A stretch of 54,763 nucleotides of DNA from positions 1 through 54,763 of the IMG/VR virus record IMGVR_UViG_3300047284_000338. One strand, written 5' to 3'. This DNA is from a virus (taxonomy: Duplodnaviria; Caudoviricetes). Made by a program: the position numbers and the translations under genes. Shown piece by piece: positions 17,858-27,416 of this stretch (the first letter of the stretch is position 1; each line of letters begins with the position of its first letter). The notes under the pieces were generated by a model. It did not search any database. It saw only the letters and a program-made list of their open reading frames with translations, and was not told the DNA's origin.

Positions 17858-19020
17858 CGGTCCCCCAGGCGATCACTGAGGAACTGCAGAAGGTCGAGCC
17901 CAGCTCGATCATCGAGCTGTTTGAGCTGCAGCTGGTCCAGGCGCTCCATGGCAGCACCGACATCTACAGGTTCCACGCTGGCGTCAACGCAAAGAACGAC
18001 GGCGGCAACATCGTCTGGGCCGGGCAAGCCTACACGGCATTCCCGGTTGAGTGCGAAGGCTTCGAATACAGCGGCAACGGCCAGCTGCCACGGCCCAAAC
18101 TGCGTGTGGCCAACGTGCTCGGCACGATCACGACCGTGCTCCTGGCGGTCAATGCCGTCACCCCTGGCAACGATCTGATTGGGGCAAAGGTCATCCGGCG
18201 CCGAACGCTGGCCCGCTACCTGGACGCCGTCAACTTCACCGGCAATGTCAACCCCTACGGCACCCCAGACCCGACTGCTGAGTTCCCTCAAGAGATTTAT
18301 TTCATCTCAAGGAAGGTGTCCGAGAACCGCGATCTCGTGGAATTTGAGCTTGCTGCGGTTTTTGATTTACAGGGCGTCAGAGCGCCGAAGCGACAGTGCA
18401 TCTCAAATATTTGTCAGTGGACTTACAAATCCGCCGAATGCGGCTACACCCCCGTGAACAGCTTCACGGGCACTTACCAGCAGAAAGTGCTCTCAGCCAC
18501 TTACTCCAGGTCTGGTACTACGATCACCATAACCAGTGCATCGCACGGCATCACAGCCGGTGACGTCGTGCATCTCGACTTCACAAGCGGCGCTGGCGTG
18601 GACGGGTTTTTCACGGTTGTCACAGTGCCAACCACCGGCGCTTTTACTGTCACTTCTGGTGCAAGCGGGGCGACCAACGGCGATGTAACCGTCCGCTGTT
18701 ACAAAGTCACGGCTGCATCTCATGGCCTCTCGGTAGGTGACAATGTGCGCCTCACACCGACCACTGGCGCGGCATCTGGCGGCTCGTTCATTGTGGGCGC
18801 CGTGAGTGCTGGAGCGTTTTCCGTGCAGCTCTCTGCTGGTGGGGGTAACACGAGCGGGGATGTCACCGCCTCCCAGTGGTACACCGACAACGATTTATCC
18901 ACCACGTCCTCCACCGCTGATGTCTGCGGGAAGCGTGTAAGCAGTTGTGAGGCTAGGTTTGGAGCCAATTCGTCACTGCCGTTCGGCTCCTTTCCAGGGG
19001 TCGGGAGCTACACGCTATGA
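17854..19020 (+). CDS. Minor tail protein L with internal insertion
   Basis: [38 protein letters not shown] ... [18 protein letters not shown]. Confidence 0.92.
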   Translation: MTVPQAITEELQKVEPSSIIELFELQLVQALHGSTDIYRFHAGVNAKNDGGNIVWAGQAYTAFPVECEGFEYSGNGQLPRPKLRVANVLGTITTVLLAVNAVTPGNDLIGAKVIRRRTLARYLDAVNFTGNVNPYGTPDPTAEFPQEIYFISRKVSENRDLVEFELAAVFDLQGVRAPKRQCISNICQWTYKSAECGYTPVNSFTGTYQQKVLSATYSRSGTTITITSASHGITAGDVVHLDFTSGAGVDGFFTVVTVPTTGAFTVTSGASGATNGDVTVRCYKVTAASHGLSVGDNVRLTPTTGAASGGSFIVGAVSAGAFSVQLSAGGGNTSGDVTASQWYTDNDLSTTSSTADVCGKRVSSCEARFGANSSLPFGSFPGVGSYTL

Positions 19021-19724
19021 CCTGGCAAGCAGAAGCCCTGGCACACGCGCAAGCCGAAGACCCACGGGAATCTTGCGGCCTTTTGGTTGTCATCAAGGGC
19101 AGGCGGCGCTATTGGCCATGCAGCAATCTGGCCGACACTCAGGACTTCTTCGTGCTTGCGCCGAAGGACTGGGCTGCAGCCGAAGACGCCGGCGAGATCG
19201 TGGCCGTCGTCCACAGTCATCCTGTCACCGCCCCTGAGCCGAGCCAGGCCGACCGCATGGCTTGCGAGCGCAGCGGCCTGCCCTGGCACATCGTGAACCC
19301 GAAGACGGAGGCCTGGGGCGGATGCAAGCCCGAGGGCTACAAAGCTCCTTTGATCGGCCGCAGCTGGGCTTGGGGCGTGTCTGACTGCTGGACGCTCGTT
19401 CGCGACTGGTATGCCGAAGAGATGAAGATCGAGCTGCGTGATTGGGAGCGCCCGGCCCGGTCAGACGAGTTTCAGCGAGAGCCGGTTTTCGATCAGTGCT
19501 GGCCGGATACTGGCTTTCGAGAGCTGCGAGAGGACGAAGAGCTTCAGCGCGGCGATGCGCTCCTGATGGCGATCAACAGCAGGGGTCTGAATCACGTCGG
19601 CGTCTATCTTGGCGACCAGATGATCCTGCATCACCTGCAGGGACGCCTCAGTAGCCGGGACCTTTACGGTGGCTGGCTCCTACAATGCACCGGGAGGCGG
19701 CTTCGTCATGCTTCGCAGGATTAA
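19017..19724 (+). CDS. Tail assembly protein K (JAB + NlpC/P60)
   Basis: PRESCG, VHSHP...[30 protein letters not shown]. Confidence 0.95.
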   Translation: MTWQAEALAHAQAEDPRESCGLLVVIKGRRRYWPCSNLADTQDFFVLAPKDWAAAEDAGEIVAVVHSHPVTAPEPSQADRMACERSGLPWHIVNPKTEAWGGCKPEGYKAPLIGRSWAWGVSDCWTLVRDWYAEEMKIELRDWERPARSDEFQREPVFDQCWPDTGFRELREDEELQRGDALLMAINSRGLNHVGVYLGDQMILHHLQGRLSSRDLYGGWLLQCTGRRLRHASQD

Positions 19725-20307
19725 GCTCTACGGCCCGCTTGCGAAGTTCATCGGCAAGCGCGTGCTTTATGCAGATGTGGCAACCGCGGCTGAAGCTGTG
19801 CGCTTCTTGCTGGCAAATTGGCCCACGGTCGAGAAGCATATGGCTGATCAGCACTACCGCGTCAGCGTCGGGGGATACGACATCGCTCTCGAAGAGCTGC
19901 ATCATCCCGCCGGCCAGCAAGAGATCAAGATCGTCCCAGTGGTCGCTGGCGCTGGAACGGTCGGGCGGATTCTGGCCGGGGTTGCCTTGGTGGCGCTCGC
20001 GATCGCAATCCCGGGGATCGGCGGCGGCGTCGCTGCCACGATCTTCGGTACGAAATTTTCGGCGCTCTCGCTGGCAATCGGCGGCGTCGGTCTAAGCCTG
20101 GCTCTCGGCGGCGTTGCGCAGCTGCTTACACCAGTGCCACAGGTTCCGCAGGTCGGCAAGGATTCCGACAAGGACCCTCGCAAGTCTTATAGCTTCAGCG
20201 GAATCCAGAACGTGTCGAGACAGGGCGTTCCGGTACCGGTGGTCTACGGCGAGACCATCGTGGGCTCAGTGACCATCAGCGCCGCCGTTGACATCAGCCA
20301 GACATGA
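19708..20307 (+). CDS. Tail assembly protein I
   Basis: [38 protein letters not shown]. Confidence 0.93.
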   Translation: MLRRIKLYGPLAKFIGKRVLYADVATAAEAVRFLLANWPTVEKHMADQHYRVSVGGYDIALEELHHPAGQQEIKIVPVVAGAGTVGRILAGVALVALAIAIPGIGGGVAATIFGTKFSALSLAIGGVGLSLALGGVAQLLTPVPQVPQVGKDSDKDPRKSYSFSGIQNVSRQGVPVPVVYGETIVGSVTISAAVDISQT

Positions 20308-23300
20308 CCGACATTCAACTGATCTCTGGCGCCGGCGGTGGTGGTGGCTGCTTCCTCGGCCATACCCTGATACGCACACCCCAGGGCTTGCGTCCGATCG
20401 AGACGCTCGACCGCGGCGATCAAGTATTGAGCTTCGACGATCAGGGCCAGCTACACACGGCGACGATCCTGAAGGTCCACGTCCATGAGGGCGAGCGCGT
20501 GGTGCGCTACCGGCTGTGGGGCGGTGCGGAGCTCGATGCCACACCAAACCACTGGGTACTGAACCAGTTCAACGCCTTCGTGGAGATCGGCACGCTGGGC
20601 GATGACGACTGCCTGGTCGACGAGAACGGCCATCTGCGGCCGATCGTCGGGCGGACTGACCAGGGCACGGGCACGGTGTACAACCTGACTGTCGAGGGTC
20701 ATCACACGTTCATTGCTGGCGGCATTAGGGTCCACAATGCCGGCTTGGGCCTAGGCATTGCCGGTTCAGGCGGCTTTGGCGGCGGCGGCAAAGGCGGCGG
20801 CGGCGGCACCAGGACTCCGACTGAGGCAGCCGATGACCTGAATAGCAGCGCCACCGTCGAGGTAATCGATCTCCTTGGCGAGGGCGAAATCGAAGGCTTT
20901 GCCACGCCATCGAAGGCCGGACTGGCCCGTGACAGCGCGGACTGGAACCGCGCCATGCTCAAAGACATCTACCTCAACAACACGCCAATTCTTCGACAGG
21001 GCGCGAGCAATTCTGCGCCCGCCGATGGCGACTACAACTTCAAGAACGTCGGAATCGAGGTCAGATACGGCACCCAAGCGCAGCAGCCAATCAACTCCAA
21101 CACTGGCAGCGGCGCTTCGGCAAATGAAGTTGCGGTCGGAGTTGTTGTCGAGAAAAACGTCCCTGTCACCAGGACGATCACGGATGTCAATGTCGACGCC
21201 GCAAGGGTGACAATCTCTTTCCCGCAGTTCCAGCAGTTCACGGACCAGGGCGACATCGTCGGCACCAGCGTCCAATTGCAGATCGCGGTGCAGTACAACG
21301 GCGGCGGCTTCACGACTGTCATTACTGACACAGTCACCGGCCGGTCTGGCGATCAATATCAGCGCGACTACATGGTGAATTTATCCGGCGCTTTTCCAGT
21401 CGACATTCGTGTAACGCGTGTCACGGATGACAGCAACAGTACCAAGTTAATCAACGCATTTACGTGGACCAGTTACACGGAAATTGTCGCGAAAAAATTT
21501 CGGTACCCGAACAGCGCATTAGTCGGAATGAGGGTTAATGCTGAGCAGTTCAGCAGCATCCCTACGCGGAGCTTTCGAGTCCGCGGACTAAAGGTTCAGA
21601 TCCCGAGCAATGCGAACGTTGACTTGGCCACGGGGCGTCTGGTTTACTCCGGCGTGTGGAACGGCACGTTCGGGGCCGCGCAGTGGACCTCGGATCCTTG
21701 CTGGTGTCTTTGGAATCTGTTGACCAGCAAAAGGTTTGGATTTGGTGATCACATCACTGCGGCAAGCTTGGACAAATGGGCCTTTTATTCGGCTAGTCAA
21801 TATTGCAACGAGCTCGTTCCGACCGGCTTCGGAGGCACTGAGCCTCGCTTCTCACTGAACTGCAACATCCAGACAGCGGAAGAAGCTCACAAGCTGATCA
21901 ACGACTTGTGCAGCGTGTTCCGGGCGATGCCCTACTGGGGCACGGGTGCGCTGACAGTGGCGCAGGACAAGCCCACAGATCCGACCTACCTTTTCACTTC
22001 CGCCAATGTTACCGAGGAGGGCTTCTCCTACTCGGGCAGTGACTCCAAAACGCGGCCGACGGTGGCAGTTGTGTCTTACCTCGATCTCACCACGAGAGAG
22101 ATCGCTTACGAGGTAGTCGAAGACGCCGCTGCAATGGCAAAGTACGGAGTCGTCACCTCAGAGATTGCTGCTTTTGCATGCACCTCCCGCGGCCAGGCTG
22201 CTCGCCTGGGTGAATGGCTCCTTTACTCAAATCAGTACGAAACAGAGGTCTTGAGCTTCACCGCGTCGGTCGATGCGGGTGTCCTAGTCCGCCCAGGACA
22301 GGTGATTGAGGTGGCGGATCCTGCTCGTGGCGGCGCAAGACGGGGTGGTCGTGTCGCCTCGGCAACAACAAATACCATTACGGTCGATAATCCGGTCGAT
22401 CTTCCTGATAACGGCGGCACGATTTCAGTCATCTTGAAAGATGGCAGCCTAGAAGCTCGGCCGGTTGTTACACGTGTGGGTAGCACTTTGACTGTTAGCC
22501 CGGCTTTCTCGTCGGCGCCGGGTATCAATTCCCTTTGGGTCTACAGCGGTGGCGGCATCCAGGCGACGCTGTGGCGCGTCTTGACGGTTCAGGAGCAGGA
22601 CGGAGCTCGGTACTCGGTGACGGCTTTGAGCTACAACCCGAGCAAGTATGACTTCATTGAGCGCGATCGGCCGTTGCAGTTCAGAGATGCCACAAACCTG
22701 AACCTAATCCCTGCCGCGCCTACGCGCCTGTCTCTCGCCGAAGCTCTTTACACGTATCAGGCCGAAGTGCGGGCAAAGGTGATCATCACCTGGCGCCAGG
22801 TGCGCGGTGTGAATCAATACCGAGTGAGGTGGCGGAAAGCCAGTGGCAACTGGAATACGCACACCACCCAGAGCCCTGACCACGAAATCTTGAACATCAC
22901 CCCGGGACTGTTTGAGGTGGAGGTGTTTAGCTTGAACTCTGTTGGCCAGATCAGCACGACAGCGCTGACAGGGAGCATCAACGCTTTAGGTAAGACGGCC
23001 CCGCCGAGCAATGTATCGGGTATGACGTATGCAATCGACAGCGATCTTGGCGTTTCGTTGAGCTGGAGTCCGGTTTCGGATCTAGACATCAAAGACTATG
23101 AGATTCGGCGAGGTGGCACCGACTGGGGCAGCGCTACACTTTTGGCATATGTAAAAACGACACGCTATGTTCTTGGGCTTATTGATCCCAGTGTTACAAG
23201 GTACTGGGTCAAGGCGAGAGACACGAGCAACGTTGTAAGTCAGAGCGCCGCTTCAACAACGGTCGTCATTACAGCGCCTGGTGCGCCTACCGTGACGCAC

Positions 23301-25058
23301 GCCATCCAAGATCCGCTTGCGATCATCTCCTGGACCACACCATCTGGATCGTACCGCCCAGATTATTACGACCTGCGGTACGGAAACACTTTTGCCGGCG
23401 GTGTGGGCGTCACCCGCGTGTATGGCAACAGTTTTAGTGTTCCAGTCACGTGGAGCGGCAGCCGAACTTTTTGGGTCGCAGGTGTCGATCCGGCAGGCAA
23501 TACTGGTACCGCCGGGTCGCGAGTAATTACTATTTCCGCAGCGCCGGCTCCGACTGTTTCGGCAGCATTCGCTGGAAGCAGCTGCACTCTTTCCTGGACA
23601 CGCGTCGACGGCTCACTGCAGACGTTTTTTTACGAAATTCGCTACGGAGCTTCATGGGAAACCGGCACTAAGGTCACCAAGATCGGCGCGGATGGTACCG
23701 GTTATTCTTTGACTGTCACATGGTCAGGTTCAAGGACCTTCTGGGTAGCGGCAATCGATGCCAACGGAAACTATGGCGCCGCGGGCAGTGTCGTGGCGAC
23801 TGTGGGACTTTCTCCGGCGCCATCGCTGTCCAACACGTTCTCTGGTCCGAATGCGCAGCTTAGCTGGCAACCTGTCAAGGGCACGCTGGAGACAGCCTTC
23901 TATGAGATCCGTCGCGGCAGCGCTTTTGCCAGCGCTACGGTTCAAGGTAAGGTAAATAGCAACTTGTTCACTACCAAGGTAGACTGGACTGGCACCGCTA
24001 AATTTTGGGTTGTCCCTGTAGATACTAACGGCGGCTATGGCGAATCAGCCTCTATCGATGTCACTTTGCCGGCCCCTTCCCAGCCCTCCATCGCTGTTCA
24101 GGTTGTCGACAACAATGTCTTGTTCCGGTGGCAGGACTGCACGACAGTGCTTCCAGTCGATGCTTACGAGTTGCGCCGAGGCTCGAATTGGGCGTCTGCA
24201 ACGGTAATTGGCACTAAGTCAGGCCTGTTTACCTCGGTATTCGAAACAACAAGCGGCTCGTTCACGTACTGGATTGCCGCGATTGACAGCTCGGGCACGT
24301 ACGGGGCGCCAGGCAGTGTTTTAGCGGTAGTCAGCCAGCCGCCCGACTACGTTCTGCAGCTTGACCAAAACTCTAACTTCAGCGGTACGAAGGTAAATGC
24401 AGTTCAAGAAAGTGCAACATTGTTATTGGCGGTCAACACTACGGAGACCGTTGAGCAACATTTTACCTCGAGAGGCTGGACGTCACCACAGGATCAGATC
24501 AACGCTGGTTACAGTTTCTGGCTGCTTCCGTCCGCGACATCGGGCTCTTACGAAGAAATAATTGACTACGGCGCTGTGGTGGGTGGTACTCGCGTTAGCC
24601 AAACGCTCACGAGCACGGCCGCCACCGGCTCAATGGTCGCCACTCCTAAAATAAGTGTAAAGAAACTTGCAACCGATGCCTGGACGGACTACCCCGACGT
24701 GGACCAAGTGTACGCCTCCGATTTTCAGTACATTAAGTTTCGATACGATTTCAATAGCGCCGGTAACGACGACCTACTATTGGTCACGAGCTTAAACTAC
24801 AGAATGGACCTGAAGCTCAAGAAGGACTTCGGATCGGGCACGAGCTCTGCTAGTGACGTCGGGGGAACTACAGTGAACTTCAATCTGAGCTTCATTGACG
24901 TGCAGTCCATTACCGTGACACCGTCTGGGACGGCTGCCCGCGTGGCCATCTATGATTTTGTGGATACCCCCGGCCCCACGAGCTTCAAGGTGCTCCTGTT
25001 CGACACCAACGGCAACCGGGTTAGCGGCGGCTTCAGCTGGAGCGCTCAAGGAGTCTGA
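20304..25058 (+). CDS. Tail tip / host-specificity protein J with N-terminal Hint domain and FN3 repeats
   Basis: LLGEGEIEG, YPNSALVG, WTSDPCW, DKWAFY, ACTSRGQAARLGEW, FN3 repeats. Confidence 0.95.
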   Translation: MTDIQLISGAGGGGGCFLGHTLIRTPQGLRPIETLDRGDQVLSFDDQGQLHTATILKVHVHEGERVVRYRLWGGAELDATPNHWVLNQFNAFVEIGTLGDDDCLVDENGHLRPIVGRTDQGTGTVYNLTVEGHHTFIAGGIRVHNAGLGLGIAGSGGFGGGGKGGGGGTRTPTEAADDLNSSATVEVIDLLGEGEIEGFATPSKAGLARDSADWNRAMLKDIYLNNTPILRQGASNSAPADGDYNFKNVGIEVRYGTQAQQPINSNTGSGASANEVAVGVVVEKNVPVTRTITDVNVDAARVTISFPQFQQFTDQGDIVGTSVQLQIAVQYNGGGFTTVITDTVTGRSGDQYQRDYMVNLSGAFPVDIRVTRVTDDSNSTKLINAFTWTSYTEIVAKKFRYPNSALVGMRVNAEQFSSIPTRSFRVRGLKVQIPSNANVDLATGRLVYSGVWNGTFGAAQWTSDPCWCLWNLLTSKRFGFGDHITAASLDKWAFYSASQYCNELVPTGFGGTEPRFSLNCNIQTAEEAHKLINDLCSVFRAMPYWGTGALTVAQDKPTDPTYLFTSANVTEEGFSYSGSDSKTRPTVAVVSYLDLTTREIAYEVVEDAAAMAKYGVVTSEIAAFACTSRGQAARLGEWLLYSNQYETEVLSFTASVDAGVLVRPGQVIEVADPARGGARRGGRVASATTNTITVDNPVDLPDNGGTISVILKDGSLEARPVVTRVGSTLTVSPAFSSAPGINSLWVYSGGGIQATLWRVLTVQEQDGARYSVTALSYNPSKYDFIERDRPLQFRDATNLNLIPAAPTRLSLAEALYTYQAEVRAKVIITWRQVRGVNQYRVRWRKASGNWNTHTTQSPDHEILNITPGLFEVEVFSLNSVGQISTTALTGSINALGKTAPPSNVSGMTYAIDSDLGVSLSWSPVSDLDIKDYEIRRGGTDWGSATLLAYVKTTRYVLGLIDPSVTRYWVKARDTSNVVSQSAASTTVVITAPGAPTVTHAIQDPLAIISWTTPSGSYRPDYYDLRYGNTFAGGVGVTRVYGNSFSVPVTWSGSRTFWVAGVDPAGNTGTAGSRVITISAAPAPTVSAAFAGSSCTLSWTRVDGSLQTFFYEIRYGASWETGTKVTKIGADGTGYSLTVTWSGSRTFWVAAIDANGNYGAAGSVVATVGLSPAPSLSNTFSGPNAQLSWQPVKGTLETAFYEIRRGSAFASATVQGKVNSNLFTTKVDWTGTAKFWVVPVDTNGGYGESASIDVTLPAPSQPSIAVQVVDNNVLFRWQDCTTVLPVDAYELRRGSNWASATVIGTKSGLFTSVFETTSGSFTYWIAAIDSSGTYGAPGSVLAVVSQPPDYVLQLDQNSNFSGTKVNAVQESATLLLAVNTTETVEQHFTSRGWTSPQDQINAGYSFWLLPSATSGSYEEIIDYGAVVGGTRVSQTLTSTAATGSMVATPKISVKKLATDAWTDYPDVDQVYASDFQYIKFRYDFNSAGNDDLLLVTSLNYRMDLKLKKDFGSGTSSASDVGGTTVNFNLSFIDVQSITVTPSGTAARVAIYDFVDTPGPTSFKVLLFDTNGNRVSGGFSWSAQGV
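20349..20738 (+). other. Hint (mini-intein/BIL-like) domain, 130 aa
   Basis: Block A CFLGHTLI, block B ATPNHW, block F VYNLTVEGHHTF, terminal VHN; +1 residue is Ala. Confidence 0.9.
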
Positions 25059-26713
25059 TGGCTAACTGGTCCAACCCCACGCTTACCAGCACCTACTCCA
25101 ACTTTCTGGCGGACCTGAAGGCCAGAGACGAGGACCTGGCAAAACAGTTTGACGGCCAGACCGTCAGCAACCTGGTCACGGGCGCAGTTCGATGGAACAG
25201 CTCGATCAACCGCTGGCAGAAGTGGTCTGGCACGGCCTGGGGCGAGCTGGCGACCACTTACGCCCTGACGGGGCTGAGTACGACCGGCAACGCCAATATC
25301 GGCGGCACGTTGACCGTGACGGGCGCGACTGCGCTGGCAGCGGCAACAGCAACCACGCCGGCCACGGCCGACAACAGCACCAACATCGCGACGACAGCCT
25401 ACGTCCGGGCACAGGGCTACGCCGCTCTGGCGAGCCCTGCTTTCACTGGCACGCCAACCGCGCCAACCGCAGCAGTTGGCACGAACACGACCCAGCTTGC
25501 GACCACCGCGTTCGTGATTGGTCAAGGCGCATCGGCTGCCCCTTTGGGGACGGCCAGCACTGCAACGACTGGAACATCTGCACGTTACGCCCGCGAGGAT
25601 CACAGACATCCAATTGACTTCCTGGACTACGCCTATATCACCAACAGTCCTTGGAAGAACAACTGTCGGCTTGGGACCACCGCCAACCTCACGGCGACTT
25701 ACGCCAACGGCACGGCTGGCGTAGGTGCAACGCTCTCTAACTCAGGCACATTGGCAGCGCTGTCGCTCGACGGCGTTGCGGTTGCGGTGAACGACCGGGT
25801 CCTGGTCAAAGATCAGACCACTGGCGCCCAGAACGGTATCTATACCGTCACCAACGTTGGCTCGGCCTCAGTGGCATGGGTGCTCACGCGAGCGACAGAT
25901 GGTGACACGGCTGCGGAGATGGCCGGAGCGCTGGCTACCGTCGACGCTGGCACGGCAAACGGCGGCAGGCTTTTCACTACCACCTTTGCTGCCTCGGGTA
26001 CTATCGGAACCACTGCGGTCTCTTGGTTCGAGATTCCCACCGTCAGTAGCCCGGCGTTCACTGGCACCCCGACGGCACCTACTGCGGCTGCTGGCACCAA
26101 CACAACGCAGATTGCGACGACGGCGTTTGTAACCAGTTCGCCGTCATTCACTGGCACACCGACGGCTCCAACTGCCGCAGCCGGCACGAACACAACGCAG
26201 ATTGCAACTACCGCGTACGTCACGGCAGCCGCAAACCTGAAAGCAAACCTGGCTTCGCCTGCTTTTACGGGCACCCCGACCGCCCCGACAGCAGCGGCCG
26301 GCACCAATACCACTCAAGTAGCGACGACAGCGTTCGTAAGCGCTGCGTTTACAGCCCGGAGCGTCACGGCAGGTGCTGGCTTAACCGGTGGCGGCACCCT
26401 TGCGGCAGACCGCTCAATTTCGCACGCGGACACGTCCAGTCAGGCTAACGTTTCACTGACCACCGGCAACGTGGTCAGCTCAATCACCCTAGACACTTAC
26501 GGGCACGTAACCGGAATCGGCAGTGCAAATCTCAACACACACTTCTTCAACACAGTCAGCAACTGCCATGGCGCCGTGCAAAACTGCGCGGAGTTTCAGT
26601 GCGGCATTTCAAACTGCGCTACTCTTACCGATCAAGGAGGCAACGTCGCCCTGGGCGGCATTGGCTACGCTCAGTACAACTGCAACTGCGACTGCAACTG
26701 CGCACCAGGCTAA
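25058..26713 (+). CDS. Tail fibre protein with Asn-Cys-rich C-terminus
   Basis: Repeats of SPAFTGTPTAPTAAAGTNTTQIATTAFV; DRVLVKDQ..NGIY domain; ends ...YNCNCDCNCAPG. Confidence 0.88.
   Translation: MANWSNPTLTSTYSNFLADLKARDEDLAKQFDGQTVSNLVTGAVRWNSSINRWQKWSGTAWGELATTYALTGLSTTGNANIGGTLTVTGATALAAATATTPATADNSTNIATTAYVRAQGYAALASPAFTGTPTAPTAAVGTNTTQLATTAFVIGQGASAAPLGTASTATTGTSARYAREDHRHPIDFLDYAYITNSPWKNNCRLGTTANLTATYANGTAGVGATLSNSGTLAALSLDGVAVAVNDRVLVKDQTTGAQNGIYTVTNVGSASVAWVLTRATDGDTAAEMAGALATVDAGTANGGRLFTTTFAASGTIGTTAVSWFEIPTVSSPAFTGTPTAPTAAAGTNTTQIATTAFVTSSPSFTGTPTAPTAAAGTNTTQIATTAYVTAAANLKANLASPAFTGTPTAPTAAAGTNTTQVATTAFVSAAFTARSVTAGAGLTGGGTLAADRSISHADTSSQANVSLTTGNVVSSITLDTYGHVTGIGSANLNTHFFNTVSNCHGAVQNCAEFQCGISNCATLTDQGGNVALGGIGYAQYNCNCDCNCAPG
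25430..26340 (+). repeat. Coding repeats of tail-fibre motif SPAFTGTPTAPTAAxGTNTTQxATTA(F/Y)V
   Basis: Four near-identical copies in the translation, plus a partial upstream copy. Confidence 0.85.
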
Positions 26714-26716
26714 CCA

Positions 26717-27409
26717 ATGAAATCACACTCTTCTTACGCGTCGATTCTGCCGGCCGCTCCGGGGCCGGAAGGAGTACCACTGACTGGCTCAGTGCAGCTG
26801 CAGTCAGATGGTATTTCTTTTGACCTGGCAATGGGGCCCAATAGGCAGGTCGCGACCCTTTCGTTTCAACAGGTTGGCTCCCTGTCCGAAGATCGAGGAT
26901 TGGTGTCTGCTTGCTCTGATTTATTGCTAGCTCGAATTGAAATTGAGAACACAATTATTAGGACGCTTCCTACTCGTCAGAGCATTCGCAATTGGCGTGA
27001 TCGCTTGCCTTTTGTAATGATAGCGACACCTTGGAAAGGATGTCCTATTCAGGAGTGCTCGCTTTTGGCGGTAACTTATCCTGGCGTAACATATACCGGC
27101 TTTGATTTTGGGTCAGCTGTTAGCGACATGCAAGCGTGGCTAGACGCAAAGCTTTACAGTCCTATTCTGTTTGACGGACCAAATACCGTAGCGGCCGGCA
27201 GTAGCGCAATTGTTCGTGTTACCGCTCCGCCAAACATGACGGCTTACCTTGATTGCGATGCAGGAAACCTCAGTTATTGGCGCGTAAAAGGCGAAAAGAA
27301 TGTCAAGGTTTCTGCCGTAGACCTCCTGCCGGGAGACTCTATTAAAATCAAAGCCGGCTACCGCAACTGGCCTGGCGAATCTGATTTCTTGATTCAAGTC
27401 ACCGAGTAA
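26717..27409 (+). CDS. Hypothetical protein (accessory gene of the fibre/radical SAM module)
   Basis: 230-aa ORF tightly spaced between the fibre and radical SAM genes; visibly lower GC. Confidence 0.7.
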   Translation: MKSHSSYASILPAAPGPEGVPLTGSVQLQSDGISFDLAMGPNRQVATLSFQQVGSLSEDRGLVSACSDLLLARIEIENTIIRTLPTRQSIRNWRDRLPFVMIATPWKGCPIQECSLLAVTYPGVTYTGFDFGSAVSDMQAWLDAKLYSPILFDGPNTVAAGSSAIVRVTAPPNMTAYLDCDAGNLSYWRVKGEKNVKVSAVDLLPGDSIKIKAGYRNWPGESDFLIQVTE

Positions 27410-27416
27410 CACCTAA

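Noticed and set aside
20349-20738. Mobile homing intein
   Set aside because: Only 130 aa, no endonuclease domain, and the +1 residue is Ala
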